A stretch of DNA of 64,000 nucleotides. It comes from Deltaproteobacteria bacterium. GTDB taxonomy: Bacteria > Desulfobacterota > Desulfobulbia > Desulfobulbales > Desulfocapsaceae. Below the pieces are notes generated by a model that ran no database searches, had not been told where the DNA came from, and worked only from the letters and a program-made list of their open reading frames with translations. Position numbers and translations under genes: made by a program. The DNA lies in the NCBI GenBank assembly GCA_002747825.1, contig PDQQ01000010.1, positions 32,461 to 96,460 on the forward strand. Reading direction: 5' to 3'. Positions within the stretch are counted from its first letter, which is position 1. Every line of letters starts with the position of its first letter. Shown here piece by piece: positions 10,710-21,020 of the stretch.

Positions 10710-12156
10710 CTGCCCCGTTATCGGCAGAGACCTCGACAGCCTCTGCGTCCTCGTCTTGTTGCAGATGCTCTCCAGACACTTCTTTTTCCTCTCCGGAATC
10801 AGGGCTCAGTGCCGCATCCTCGGCCGGCGCTTCTGCCGCCGCATCATTCTCTTCGTCAACGGGCCCATCATAAGGAATGGTTGCCGCCTCTTCGATCAGG
10901 GCAAGGGCGAATTCATCGTCAATGGCCCGCAACACGGTCAAATCCTCGACGGTCTTCCTGGCAAGCACGGCGGTTGAGGTAATGCCTTTGCCCAAAAGCT
11001 GGTCGGCCAGCCCCTCGTCAACGCCGGTGAGCTTTAACAGGCTCTGATAGCCCGGCAGACTGAGATTAGCATACCGCTGTTCACTTTTCACATCAATCTT
11101 CCAGCCAATCAGCTTGGAGGCAAGGCGAACATTCTGCCCCTGCCTGCCAATGGCCAAAGAGAGCTGATCGTTGGGGACAACCACCAGAAGCGACTTTTCA
11201 TCCTCATCAGCCATAACCATGCTCACATGGGCCGGAGCAAGTGCGTTGTAGACATATTTTGCCGGATCCGGACTCCAGGTGACGATATCTATGCGCTCTC
11301 CCTGAAGCTCCTGCACAACATTTTGCACCCTCACCCCCTTCATGCCAACGCAGGCACCAACAGGATCCACGTCACTCTCGGACGAGCTGACCGCGATCTT
11401 GGCCCGAAACCCTGGCTCGCGGCTCACTCCCATCACCCTGACAATACCCTCGCTCATCTCCGGGACCTCAAGGTGAAACAGTTTTCCCAGAAACTCATCA
11501 CAGGTCCTCGAGAGAACCAGCGGAAAATCTCTGCCAGACTGCCGATCGTTTCTGCCCCTGCCGCCCTGCTGGCCGTCACCGTTCTGATTGACCTGGCGTA
11601 CCTCCTTGAGGTAGGCCCGGATTCTGTCACCCTGCTTGAAAGAGCGTTTGGGTATCTGCTGATCACGCGGCAACAGGGCCTCGGTCCGACCAAGGTTGAC
11701 AATCATGTTGCCTCTGTCAAAGCGCTGCACGATACCACTGACCACCTCACCGACACGATCCTTGAACATATCGTAGATGACCTCACGTTCGGCCTCTTTC
11801 ATTCGATGTATAATGACCTGTTTGGCCGACTGCGCGGCAATCCGTCCCAGATCGGCAACGTCTTCCATTTTTTGTCCGAGCTCATCACCAACGCGCACCT
11901 CCGGGTCATAGCTCCGGGCCTCGTCGATGCCGATCTCGGTCTGTTCATCGACAACATCTTCGACCACGATACGAAACTGAAAAATCTCTATTTCGCCCAG
12001 CCCCTCGTTATAACGCACTTCAATATCACGAGAATTGCCAAATTTTTTCCTTGTCGCCGAGAGAACCGCCTCTTCTATGGCCTTCACCAACAGCGCCTTA
12101 TCAAAGCCCCGATCTCGACTGATCTGATCGATTATACGTTTTAAATCTGACAGCAT
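10669..12156 (-). CDS. nusA: Transcription termination/antitermination factor NusA
   Basis: GRIAAQSAKQV, DPVGACVG and SLAIGRQGQNVRLA. Confidence 0.98.
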   Translation of the reverse strand: MLSDLKRIIDQISRDRGFDKALLVKAIEEAVLSATRKKFGNSRDIEVRYNEGLGEIEIFQFRIVVEDVVDEQTEIGIDEARSYDPEVRVGDELGQKMEDVADLGRIAAQSAKQVIIHRMKEAEREVIYDMFKDRVGEVVSGIVQRFDRGNMIVNLGRTEALLPRDQQIPKRSFKQGDRIRAYLKEVRQVNQNGDGQQGGRGRNDRQSGRDFPLVLSRTCDEFLGKLFHLEVPEMSEGIVRVMGVSREPGFRAKIAVSSSESDVDPVGACVGMKGVRVQNVVQELQGERIDIVTWSPDPAKYVYNALAPAHVSMVMADEDEKSLLVVVPNDQLSLAIGRQGQNVRLASKLIGWKIDVKSEQRYANLSLPGYQSLLKLTGVDEGLADQLLGKGITSTAVLARKTVEDLTVLRAIDDEFALALIEEAATIPYDGPVDEENDAAAEAPAEDAALSPDSGEEKEVSGEHLQQDEDAEAVEVSADNGADEQDEQKDADGGE

Positions 12157-12365
12157 TCTATTACCCCGTCACTCTGACTTTTGGGAACCTTACAACCCCG
12201 CCTCGCACCACCCTTTTTCGTTGCAGTCGAGAATCAAACCGCACAGCCGCAACTCCGGCTCATCTCTTTTGCATCCCAAACGGAATCAAAAACCGAGCAT
12301 ATCAAGGCCCCTTGTATTTTCAGCAACTTTTACCCCTTTCTCCTCTTGAAAAATCAGCACGGCAG

Positions 12366-12821
12366 TTAAAGGGACAAACGAGCCTTGCTGAACATATCGT
12401 ATGTAAATCGCAGCACACGCCCATCGGCGACCAGCAATTCAACCTCTTCATCGACAACCGCTCCGATGGTTCCTTCGAAAACCTTCTCGCCGTCAATGGC
12501 CCGATGTACACGTACCCGGGCCTTGTTTCCCTGCCATCTTGCAAAATCATCAAGCGAACGCAACGGCCTCTCCAGGCCTGGAGAAGAGACCTCCAGGTTG
12601 TAGGCATGCTCAATAATATCCTCAACATCAAGATACTGCCCCAACTCCCGACTCACCTCCGAACAGTGCTCAAGGCTCACCCCCTCTTCGGCATCGATAT
12701 AGACCCTCAAAACCCAGCCCTTGCCCTCAAGCCTGTACTCCAGGGCAAAGAGTTCAAGTCCCAGATCCGGCAACAGGCCATCGAGAAAGGCCTTTACTGT
12801 ATCAACAACCAATTCGCTCAT
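12366..12821 (-). CDS. rimP: Ribosome maturation factor RimP
   Basis: LRVYID and YNLEVSSPGLERPL; the upstream ATG at 12884 abuts the leader hairpin, so 12821 is preferred. Confidence 0.95.
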   Translation of the reverse strand: MSELVVDTVKAFLDGLLPDLGLELFALEYRLEGKGWVLRVYIDAEEGVSLEHCSEVSRELGQYLDVEDIIEHAYNLEVSSPGLERPLRSLDDFARWQGNKARVRVHRAIDGEKVFEGTIGAVVDEEVELLVADGRVLRFTYDMFSKARLSL

Positions 12822-12884
12822 TCTTCCAGTGCCCAGATGATGGCAGACAATACATCCAGCCTCCAGGTCTCCTTGCGCGGACAT

Positions 12885-12909
12885 AAAAAAAAGCGGGCAA
12901 AGCCCACTT
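12885..12909 (-). promoter_or_regulatory. rimP leader hairpin with U-tract (attenuator-like)
   Basis: Minus strand AAGTGGGC-TTT-GCCCGC-TTTTTTTT, the short GGGC/GCCC hairpin commonly found ahead of rimP-nusA-infB. Confidence 0.75.
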
Positions 12910-13565
12910 CAGAAAGCCTCCAAACAACGACACAGAGGTATAATCCGAGGACCCTTCCCGCAAAAAACCAAGAAAAGAGTCAGGAAACAACGTGCAACAA
13001 TAACCACAAAACGGGGTTTTTGTCAAGATCAAAATCAAGCATTGTCACAGCGATAAAGAAATAAACAACACAGGGATACAGCGGTTCTCAAACGATCGGA
13101 TACCGGCGAAAGCCTGTACAAGGTTTTCCCCTTTCTGGCAAAATATATTTGACAAACCGGGGAGCGCACTTTATGTAAACGACAGATTTCGCAGTTGACT
13201 GCCGTTTCGCCTCCTTTTCAACCATCGCTGTTTTCCGGCTCCAAATGGCAACACGATGGCCGCTGGCAAAAGAGGCATCTGCAATCTAGGTTTTCGTTTT
13301 TCTAACAAGAATTGTCATATGCGACTGTTGTTGCAGGACATATCTTCTTTCTCGAGGATCTGATGTAGAACACGAACTGAAACCTGAGAAAAAAGAGGCG
13401 TCACGAAAATTTTCTCAGCGGGTTACAAAGAGGTCCAATCGAATCTTCATCACAACAGAAAAGACTCCCCTACAACACCGCAGGGCCTGTTTTGGACGCT
13501 GTCTGCCCCTCTTGCAGATGCGGATGCAGTTTGGGCAGTGATTTTATTTCTTCCCCAGAGACGTT

Positions 13566-16031
13566 ATGGCCGACAAGATCCTGATTATAGCAGAAAAGCC
13601 CAGTGTTGCCGCTGACCTTGCCAGGGTTCTCCCCGGCAGGTTCAGCAAAAAGAAGACCTATTATGAAGGCGAAAAATACCTTGTATCCTATGCCATTGGT
13701 CATCTGGTCTCGATCTGTTACCCAGAAGAGATAGACCCACGCTTCCAGAAATGGGATATAGGCAATCTGCCGATACTTCCTGACGCCTTCCCGCTCAAGG
13801 CCCTCGACGGCACAAAATCACAGCTCAACGCACTGAGCAAACTGATCCGCAGAAAGGATGTGCACCAGATTATTAACGCCTGTGATGCCGGGCGTGAGGG
13901 GGAGCTGATTTTCAAGTATATCGTCCGCTATGTCTGGAACACCTCTGTGGCGAAAAAGACCTTTAAAAGGCTCTGGCTGCAGTCGATGACTTCGGATGCG
14001 ATCAAAGAGGCCTTCTCTTCCCTTCGCGACAACGAGGCTATGCGGGCATTGGAGGATACAGCGTTTTGCCGGTCCGAGTCTGACTGGCTGATAGGGATCA
14101 ACGCCACACGGGCCCTTACCGGCTACAATTCAAGAAAAGGCGGTTTTCTTCTTACCCCCTGCGGCAGGGTCCAGACCCCGACGCTCTCGCTGATTGTCAA
14201 GCGGGAAAAAGCCCGAATGGCCTTTGTCGAGAGGTCGTACTGGACGGTTACTGCCAGATTTGCTTTTCCTTCCGGAAGTTATGAGGGGAGGTGGATCGAC
14301 AAGAAGTTCAAAAAGGATCCCAAGGATGCCGATAAAAAGGCCTCCCGCATATGGAGCCTTGCCGAGGCCGAAGAGATCAGAGCCAAATGTTTGGGTAAAA
14401 AGGCCACGGTCAGCGAAAAAACAAAAAAAACTACACAGAATTCTCCACCGCTCTATGACCTGACACTGCTGCAGAGAGAGGCAAACGCCCGCTTTGGTCT
14501 TTCGGCAAAAAACACCCTGTCCGTTGCCCAGGCATTATACGAAAAACACAAGCTCCTGACCTACCCGAGGACAGACTCCAAATTCCTGCCGGAAGACTAT
14601 CTCGGCAAGGTGAAAAAAATAGTACAGAGCCAGGGACAATGGCAGCTCAAGGCGTTTGCCCAGCAGGCCCTGGAAAAGGGCTACATAAAAAAAAGCAAAC
14701 GGGTCTTCAACAACGCCAAGATATCCGACCACCATGCCATTATCCCGACAGCCAAACTCCCCGGTCAGCTTTCAGCGGTTGAAGAAAAGGTCTATCGCCT
14801 GGTCGTACAGCGCTTTCTTGCCGTTTTTTTCCCGCCAGCACAATTCCTCGATACAAAAAGATACTCGCTTGTTGAAAAGGAGACCTTTCTCACCGAGGGC
14901 AAGGTTCTCGTAGAACCGGGCTGGAAAAGTATCTACGGCACCGGCAAAAGCGATGCCAGAGACAAGACCCTGCACGAGCTTCCCAAAGACGAAACCATTG
15001 TCTGCGAGAAACTCACCCCCGAAGAGCTGAAAACCAAACCGCCCGTGCGCTACAGTGAGGCAACACTTCTTTCAGCAATGGAGAACTCTGACAAGCTGGT
15101 TGGCGACGACGAGCTTGCCGAGGCGATGAAAGAGCGGGGGCTTGGGACTCCGGCAACACGGGCAGCAATTATAGAGAAACTGCTCAAAGAGAAATATATT
15201 GTTCGAGAAGAGAGAGAACTCACGCCAACCGGCAAGGCCTTTGAGCTGCTCGCTCTCCTTGAGGCGATGAAAATTGACGTGCTGGCCTCACCCGAACTCA
15301 CCGGGGAATGGGAATACAAACTCAAGCAAATTCTCAAAGGTGAGCTTACGCGGGAAAAATTTATGCAAGAAATCCGGGAGATGACCCGGCATATTATCAA
15401 GCAGGTAAAAAATTTTGAAACCGATGAGATCCGTCCAGAGGCGCCATTCAGCCCGGTAGGTGGTCTGAGAATCTTTAGCTCACCAACCGCTTATGTCTCC
15501 GAAGATGAAAAGATAAGTATACGTAAGATCCTTGGCGGCCGGGTTCTCTCTGAAGGAGATGTTGTCTCTTTACTGCAGGGTGACACCATAGGTCCTTATA
15601 GTGATTTCCGCTCAAAGAAGGGAAAAACCTTTACCGCCTCTGTACATCTTGTAAAAAATAAGATTGAATTCCTTTTTGCAGACTCTACGGCAGACCTGGA
15701 TCTGGATGAGATCAAAAAGGGTCCGTCTCTGGGGAGATCTCCGATTGATGGCTCAAAGGTCTTTGAGACCCCCATGGCCTATCTCTCTGAGTCGGCGCTC
15801 GACGAAGACAAAAAGAAGGGACTTCGTATCAGCAGGGTTATTTTGTCAAAGGAGATAACAACAGAAAATATCAGACAACTTCTGGAAAACGGGAAAACAG
15901 CACTGATAAAGGGGTTTATTTCGAAACGCAAACGACCCTTTGATGCCTACCTGATTTTGGAAAAAGATGGTAAGATCCGTTTTGAGTTTCCCCCAAGAAC
16001 AAAGAGAACGTCTCGGAGGAAGACGAAATAA
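13566..16031 (+). CDS. topB: Type IA DNA topoisomerase III with C-terminal repeats
   Basis: IAEKPSVA, ACDAGREGE, GRVQTPTL, catalytic TYPRTDS and GLGTPATRA; repeated F(R/I)SKxxxxFxA C-terminal units. Confidence 0.85.
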   Translation: MADKILIIAEKPSVAADLARVLPGRFSKKKTYYEGEKYLVSYAIGHLVSICYPEEIDPRFQKWDIGNLPILPDAFPLKALDGTKSQLNALSKLIRRKDVHQIINACDAGREGELIFKYIVRYVWNTSVAKKTFKRLWLQSMTSDAIKEAFSSLRDNEAMRALEDTAFCRSESDWLIGINATRALTGYNSRKGGFLLTPCGRVQTPTLSLIVKREKARMAFVERSYWTVTARFAFPSGSYEGRWIDKKFKKDPKDADKKASRIWSLAEAEEIRAKCLGKKATVSEKTKKTTQNSPPLYDLTLLQREANARFGLSAKNTLSVAQALYEKHKLLTYPRTDSKFLPEDYLGKVKKIVQSQGQWQLKAFAQQALEKGYIKKSKRVFNNAKISDHHAIIPTAKLPGQLSAVEEKVYRLVVQRFLAVFFPPAQFLDTKRYSLVEKETFLTEGKVLVEPGWKSIYGTGKSDARDKTLHELPKDETIVCEKLTPEELKTKPPVRYSEATLLSAMENSDKLVGDDELAEAMKERGLGTPATRAAIIEKLLKEKYIVREERELTPTGKAFELLALLEAMKIDVLASPELTGEWEYKLKQILKGELTREKFMQEIREMTRHIIKQVKNFETDEIRPEAPFSPVGGLRIFSSPTAYVSEDEKISIRKILGGRVLSEGDVVSLLQGDTIGPYSDFRSKKGKTFTASVHLVKNKIEFLFADSTADLDLDEIKKGPSLGRSPIDGSKVFETPMAYLSESALDEDKKKGLRISRVILSKEITTENIRQLLENGKTALIKGFISKRKRPFDAYLILEKDGKIRFEFPPRTKRTSRRKTK

Positions 16032-16080
16032 TAACGCAAGGGACGGCAACACAACGGACGGCCTTTGCCACAACAGCGCA

Positions 16081-16458
16081 ATGAAACAGATAAAGAAAGA
16101 GTATCGAGATCTCAGCGGCGGCGAACTGGCCCGGATCTGCGCGTTGGCCGCAGAGGAAACCAAGGGGCAGGATATTGTGATCCTTGATGTACGGGGGCTT
16201 ACCACCTTTACTGATTATTTTGTCGTGGTAAGCGGTACCTCAACACGACATGTTCAGGCCCTCGCCGATGCGGTGGAGACGAAACTGCGCTCAAAAAGAG
16301 TCAGGACATCGACAGCAGAGGGCCTGCAGGAAGGTCTGTGGGTACTCCTTGATTTTGACGGTGTCGTCGTCCATATTTTCTACCACGAGCAGAGAAAATT
16401 CTATGATATCGAGAGCCTCTGGTCAAAAGCGAAACGGATAATACCGCAACAGGCATAG
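16081..16458 (+). CDS. rsfS: Ribosome silencing factor
   Basis: KGQDIVILDV, DYFVVVSGTSTRHV, WVLLDF and RKFYDIESLW. Confidence 0.95.
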   Translation: MKQIKKEYRDLSGGELARICALAAEETKGQDIVILDVRGLTTFTDYFVVVSGTSTRHVQALADAVETKLRSKRVRTSTAEGLQEGLWVLLDFDGVVVHIFYHEQRKFYDIESLWSKAKRIIPQQA

Positions 16459-16512
16459 ACGGCCTCCACGAGATATTCATCCAGACAAGCGAGCTCGTAC
16501 AGGGAAGACATT

Positions 16513-17916
16513 ATGCAATACTTATCGACAAGGGGTGATATTTCTCCCCTCTCCTTTACCCAGGCTGTGATGATGGGACTTGCTGAAGACGGAGGTCTTC
16601 TCCTGCCCAGAACCATCCCCCGCATAGGGGCAAAGACGCTGGAATCATGGCAGAATTTGAGCTATACAGAGCTTGCCTTTGAGGTCATGTCACGTTTTAT
16701 CGATGATATCCCCGAAAACGACCTCAAGGCAATTATCGACGCTTCTTACGCGAGTTTTACCTCAGAGAAGGTAACACCGCTCAAACATCTCGGAGAGCTG
16801 CATATCCTCGAGCTCTTTCATGGGCCGACCCTTGCCTTTAAGGATATTGCGCTGCAGTTTCTCGGCAATCTCTTTGAATACCTCCTGCAAAGAGACCAGA
16901 CGATACTCAACATTCTGGGCGCGACCTCCGGAGACACAGGCTCTGCGGCCATATACGGCGTAAGAGGGAAAAAACGGATCAATATCTTTATCCTCCATCC
17001 CGGTGGAAGGGTCAGCCCTGTCCAGGAACTGCAGATGACAACGGTGCTCGATGACAATGTTTTCAACATCGCCATAGAGGGCTCTTTTGACGACGGCCAG
17101 AGTATTGTCAAACAGATCTTCAACGATATAGAATTCAAGCACAAACACAGCCTTGGCTCGATAAACTCGATCAACTGGGCAAGGGTGCTGGCCCAGGTCG
17201 TCTACTACGTGTACAGCTCCATCCACATTATAACCCACGAGAAAGACTCCTCTGTTGATTTTGCGGTGCCAACAGGCAACTTTGGCGATATCTTTGCAGG
17301 ATATATCGCCAAAAAAATCCTTCCGCAGGGAATCGTCCGCAAACTGATCCTCGCCACCAATGAAAACGACATTCTCGCCAGATTTGTCAATGGCGGAGAC
17401 TATTCGCTCGGAGAAGTAAAGATGACTTCCAGCCCGTCTATGGATATTCAGGCGGCATCCAATTTTGAGCGTTATCTCTATTATCTGGTCGATTCAGACG
17501 CCAAAAAGACCAAAAAACTGATGGAAGAATTTGCCGAGAAAGGCGCCATTGATCTGGCAAAGTACAAAGATATCGTAAAACGGGACTTTGCCTCAATGTC
17601 GGTCTCCGAAGAGGAGGTTGCCCAGACGATTGCAGACGTGTATCGCTCTCATACATACATACTTGACCCCCATACCGCGGTGGGGGTTTGTGCCGCTGAA
17701 GCGCTCAAGAAAGGCGGCGTTCCAATGGTCTGTCTGGCAACAGCACATCCCGCCAAATTTGCCAATGTCATCGAACCGGTGCTTGGCCTTACGCCACCGG
17801 TTCCAGGGAGTATTGCCGACCTTAACCCGGACAAGACCAAGTGCGAACAGATGGCGGCAGAACGGGCCGATATCCAGGATTTTATTGCCCGGTATGCCCT
17901 CAGGAAAGAGACTTGA
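16513..17916 (+). CDS. thrC: Threonine synthase
   Basis: YLSTRG, ELFHGPTLAFKD, ATSGDTGSAA, NSINWAR and ATAHPAKF. Confidence 0.97.
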   Translation: MQYLSTRGDISPLSFTQAVMMGLAEDGGLLLPRTIPRIGAKTLESWQNLSYTELAFEVMSRFIDDIPENDLKAIIDASYASFTSEKVTPLKHLGELHILELFHGPTLAFKDIALQFLGNLFEYLLQRDQTILNILGATSGDTGSAAIYGVRGKKRINIFILHPGGRVSPVQELQMTTVLDDNVFNIAIEGSFDDGQSIVKQIFNDIEFKHKHSLGSINSINWARVLAQVVYYVYSSIHIITHEKDSSVDFAVPTGNFGDIFAGYIAKKILPQGIVRKLILATNENDILARFVNGGDYSLGEVKMTSSPSMDIQAASNFERYLYYLVDSDAKKTKKLMEEFAEKGAIDLAKYKDIVKRDFASMSVSEEEVAQTIADVYRSHTYILDPHTAVGVCAAEALKKGGVPMVCLATAHPAKFANVIEPVLGLTPPVPGSIADLNPDKTKCEQMAAERADIQDFIARYALRKET

Positions 17917-18167
17917 GATCCGGTTGCGGGATCTTGCAGAACATCTGCTGACAATATCAAAGAAGCTCCCGGCAAAAAGGACTCTCCTGCCGGGGCAGGA
18001 AGCCTTATACCCTGACAGCCTTGTTCGCCTGGATTTCTGATGAGTTTTTTGTTTTATCAGAGCTTGACAAGAACAGATGACTACTCTACTCTTACCGGCG
18101 AACGCGAGGAACGGGGCAGGCGTATTAACGGAGATACTGCCGTATATTTTCCAGTGAAGGGGGTATT

Positions 18168-18356
18168 ATGTTTGGACTTGGAATGCCGGAACTTATTGTT
18201 ATCCTTGTGATAATTGTTATAATTTTCGGCGCGGGAAAGCTGCCTGAAATTGGATCTGGAATTGGCAAGGGAATAAAGAATTTCAAGGAAGCCACCAAAA
18301 AGGAAGAAGCTGCCGAATTGCCCGAAGACAAACAGGACGCAGACAAACAGGCCTAG
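18168..18356 (+). CDS. tatA: Twin-arginine translocase TatA/TatE subunit
   Basis: [15 protein letters not shown]...[21 protein letters not shown]. Confidence 0.95.
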   Translation: MFGLGMPELIVILVIIVIIFGAGKLPEIGSGIGKGIKNFKEATKKEEAAELPEDKQDADKQA

Positions 18357-18406
18357 GCCTGACATCTGTTTCGTTTCGTTGATTGTACAAGACCAGGAGG
18401 ATGCCG

Positions 18407-18661
18407 ATGTTTGGACTCGGAATGCCAGAGCTTATCATAATTTTCGTCATTGCCTTCTTTATTTTTGGCGGTAAAAAATTGCCCGAGATCGGTTCGGGCC
18501 TTGGCAAGGCAATTACCTCCTTTAAAAAGGGCCTCAATGAGGTCGAAGAGAGTGGTCGGGAGATCGCAGGCGATATCCCCGGCGTAAAAGAGGCCGCCGA
18601 GGTCAGCAAGACAATCAAAGAGGTCAAAGACCTGGGTAAGGTGAACAAACTTTTCAAATAG
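18407..18661 (+). CDS. tatA: Second TatA/TatE family subunit
   Basis: [11 protein letters not shown]...[22 protein letters not shown]; GGAGG RBS 6 nt before ATG 18407. Confidence 0.9.
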   Translation: MFGLGMPELIIIFVIAFFIFGGKKLPEIGSGLGKAITSFKKGLNEVEESGREIAGDIPGVKEAAEVSKTIKEVKDLGKVNKLFK

Positions 18662-18836
18662 AGACGGTAACGACGCAGAGCCAGAATATCCATCAACTGG
18701 CTCCCCTATCGTACCCCCATCCATACAGGCTGCCGTCGGCATAATGGCATATCTCTCTTTCTGGTAAATGTTCTTTTCCCCTTACCAGCCCGAGCCTGCC
18801 AGGTCTGCACCGGCATCTCCTCCGCTCACAGAACTT

Positions 18837-20048
18837 CTACGAAGAAGAGGCCTTTTGCAGCAGAAAGGTGAAAAAAAGGGCCGCACCGATCATCAGAAAC
18901 AGAAAGACCAGAAAGCTCTTCCAGCCCCAGGCCTCATAGATAGCGCCGGGAAGGAGCGACCCCAGGGTTCCTCCGGCATAGTAAAACGAGAGATAAAGGC
19001 CGTTGACTATCGCCTTATTGCTTTTGGCAAGGGTACTGAGAAAGCCGGAAAGCTGGGAATGGGCGGTAAACAGACCGGCACAAAAGACAAACATCGCAAC
19101 GAACATCATGCCGTAGTTCTCTACAAAAAACAGCATCTCTCCGAGCATAAAAAGAAGAACACCCCAGACAATAGCCGGTACCGCCCCCCTGCTCCAGGCA
19201 ATAATCCTCACACTGTTGAGCGAGACCAAGATTCCCATACTATACCCAAGGTACAGCAGGCCAACCGAGGTTTCTGCTATCTCCGGACGGAGGGCTTTCA
19301 GCTGGAAGGGGATATAGTTCATCAATGCGGCAAAAACAAAGAAAAGGCAAAAAATAGTTGCGTAGAGCCAGAAAAACCCTGGTTGTCTCAGGATAGTGTA
19401 GAGATCCGGCAGGCCGGGCCTTGCATACTGCATCTTGACATCCCGAACCATGGCCTTGAGCAGGAACGAACAGACGATGAGAAGGAGCCCCAGAACGGCA
19501 AAGAAAAAACGCCAGCCAAACAGATCTGTGCACAGACCGGAGAGAAATCTGCCCAAAAAGCCTCCGGCAATAGTAGCCGCAATATAGGAGGCAATAGCCC
19601 GCTGCACACTCGCACGGCTATTGGTATAGCTGACATAACTCATTATGCCGGTCAATATTGCAGGGATAAGCAGTCCCTGAACCGCTCGAATGGCCAACAG
19701 ACTGACATAGTTTCCTGAAATGGCAAAAAAAAGCTCGAGAACCCCAAGAAGAAATACCGCACAGCGAACCATCTGCCGGGCAGAAACAGCCTCGAGCAAA
19801 AATCCATAAAAAAGGGGGGCCACACTCAGGGGAGCCATCATCAAGGTGGTAAAGAGTATGGCCTGCAATGCCGAGAGCTGAAACTCAGACTGGAAAACCG
19901 GCTGAATAGGTTGTGCCGCATACAAGGAACCGAAGGTTACAGTGGTTACACAATAGATATATCGATGTACCTTGGCAGACACGGGCTTCTCCAGAAAGTG
20001 ATACCAGTCGACTCCAGAGCTGATCTTTATCCTCAATTCACATAACAA
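18837..20048 (-). CDS. MFS transporter (YnfM-like); start uncertain
   Basis: About 12 hydrophobic segments; LYAAQPI, GGFLGRFLSG and GLYLSFYYAGG. Confidence 0.85.
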   Translation of the reverse strand: MLCELRIKISSGVDWYHFLEKPVSAKVHRYIYCVTTVTFGSLYAAQPIQPVFQSEFQLSALQAILFTTLMMAPLSVAPLFYGFLLEAVSARQMVRCAVFLLGVLELFFAISGNYVSLLAIRAVQGLLIPAILTGIMSYVSYTNSRASVQRAIASYIAATIAGGFLGRFLSGLCTDLFGWRFFFAVLGLLLIVCSFLLKAMVRDVKMQYARPGLPDLYTILRQPGFFWLYATIFCLFFVFAALMNYIPFQLKALRPEIAETSVGLLYLGYSMGILVSLNSVRIIAWSRGAVPAIVWGVLLFMLGEMLFFVENYGMMFVAMFVFCAGLFTAHSQLSGFLSTLAKSNKAIVNGLYLSFYYAGGTLGSLLPGAIYEAWGWKSFLVFLFLMIGAALFFTFLLQKASSS

Positions 20049-20168
20049 AACAATACCGATGAGGCAAGAATACCTTGCATAATTGTCATAGTTTTTATAG
20101 GCTTTTTCCCGTCTCCGGAGAGGCCTCCCCCAAATTTCTGATAAAAAAACCGGGCTGCGGTATCATAT

Positions 20169-21020
20169 ATGAAGCAAGAAGAAAAAACCCCTTCCAACCG
20201 GGGTTTCAACGGTCACAGAGCCCATGGTTTTTGTCGCGCCTGTCAACAGGAACACAGCCTCGGGGCGAACGGTGCGGAGCGGAGTGCAATACGCCTGATG
20301 AAGGCACTGGACACAGAGAACAGCCTCGATATTTTTGTCCCCGAAGAAACCAGAAACCCTGGGCTTTCGACAGCCTCTCTCTGGGGTGAAGAGCGGGGAA
20401 AGATGTTTGGGGTCATGGACTGCCTCAATCCACAAAATGAGCTGGTTACCCTGTACGCCTTTTCCGGACAATTCAACAAACGCTGGCAGATCCCCGGCTG
20501 GGTCCCGCCAATTTTTGATCTCAGACGATTTGAGGATCTCTCTATCCCGTGCGAAAAAAGGATAAAACAGCTCGGCGAAGACCTTGCTCAAAGAAAAAAA
20601 CAAGGGCAGAACTGGCAGGAACTGCGACAAAAACGACGGCTCCTCTCGAAAAATCTTATGCAGGAGATAATCGGGCTCTATCTGCTGTCAAATTTCCGGG
20701 GCGCAACACGGCCCCTGCAGGAGGTCTTTTACCGATCTGGTGGCATTCCAAGCGGCACGGGAGATTGCTGCGCGCCAAAGCTTCTCCATTCTGCGATACA
20801 AAAAGGCCTTAAGCCCCTTGGAATCTGTGAGTTTTTTTATGGACGCACAACACGATCCGCCCGCCATAGGCACAAGGAATTTGTCTCTTCGTGCCGGGAA
20901 AAATGTTCACCAATCCTCGGCTTTATGCTCTGCGGACTGGAAACCGGCAAAGACGAACCAGAACAGGTTGAACGATCAAAGACTGATGCAGAACGTCCAG
21001 GAACTCGAAATCATCTATAA
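20169..21020 (+). CDS. Stand-alone homolog of the N-terminal (cytidine deaminase-like) domain of long RluA/TrcP enzymes
   Basis: GKMFGV, AFSGQ, GWVPP, PSGTGDCCAPKLL, EFFYG and CREKCSPILGFMLCGL. Confidence 0.7.
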   Translation: MKQEEKTPSNRGFNGHRAHGFCRACQQEHSLGANGAERSAIRLMKALDTENSLDIFVPEETRNPGLSTASLWGEERGKMFGVMDCLNPQNELVTLYAFSGQFNKRWQIPGWVPPIFDLRRFEDLSIPCEKRIKQLGEDLAQRKKQGQNWQELRQKRRLLSKNLMQEIIGLYLLSNFRGATRPLQEVFYRSGGIPSGTGDCCAPKLLHSAIQKGLKPLGICEFFYGRTTRSARHRHKEFVSSCREKCSPILGFMLCGLETGKDEPEQVERSKTDAERPGTRNHL

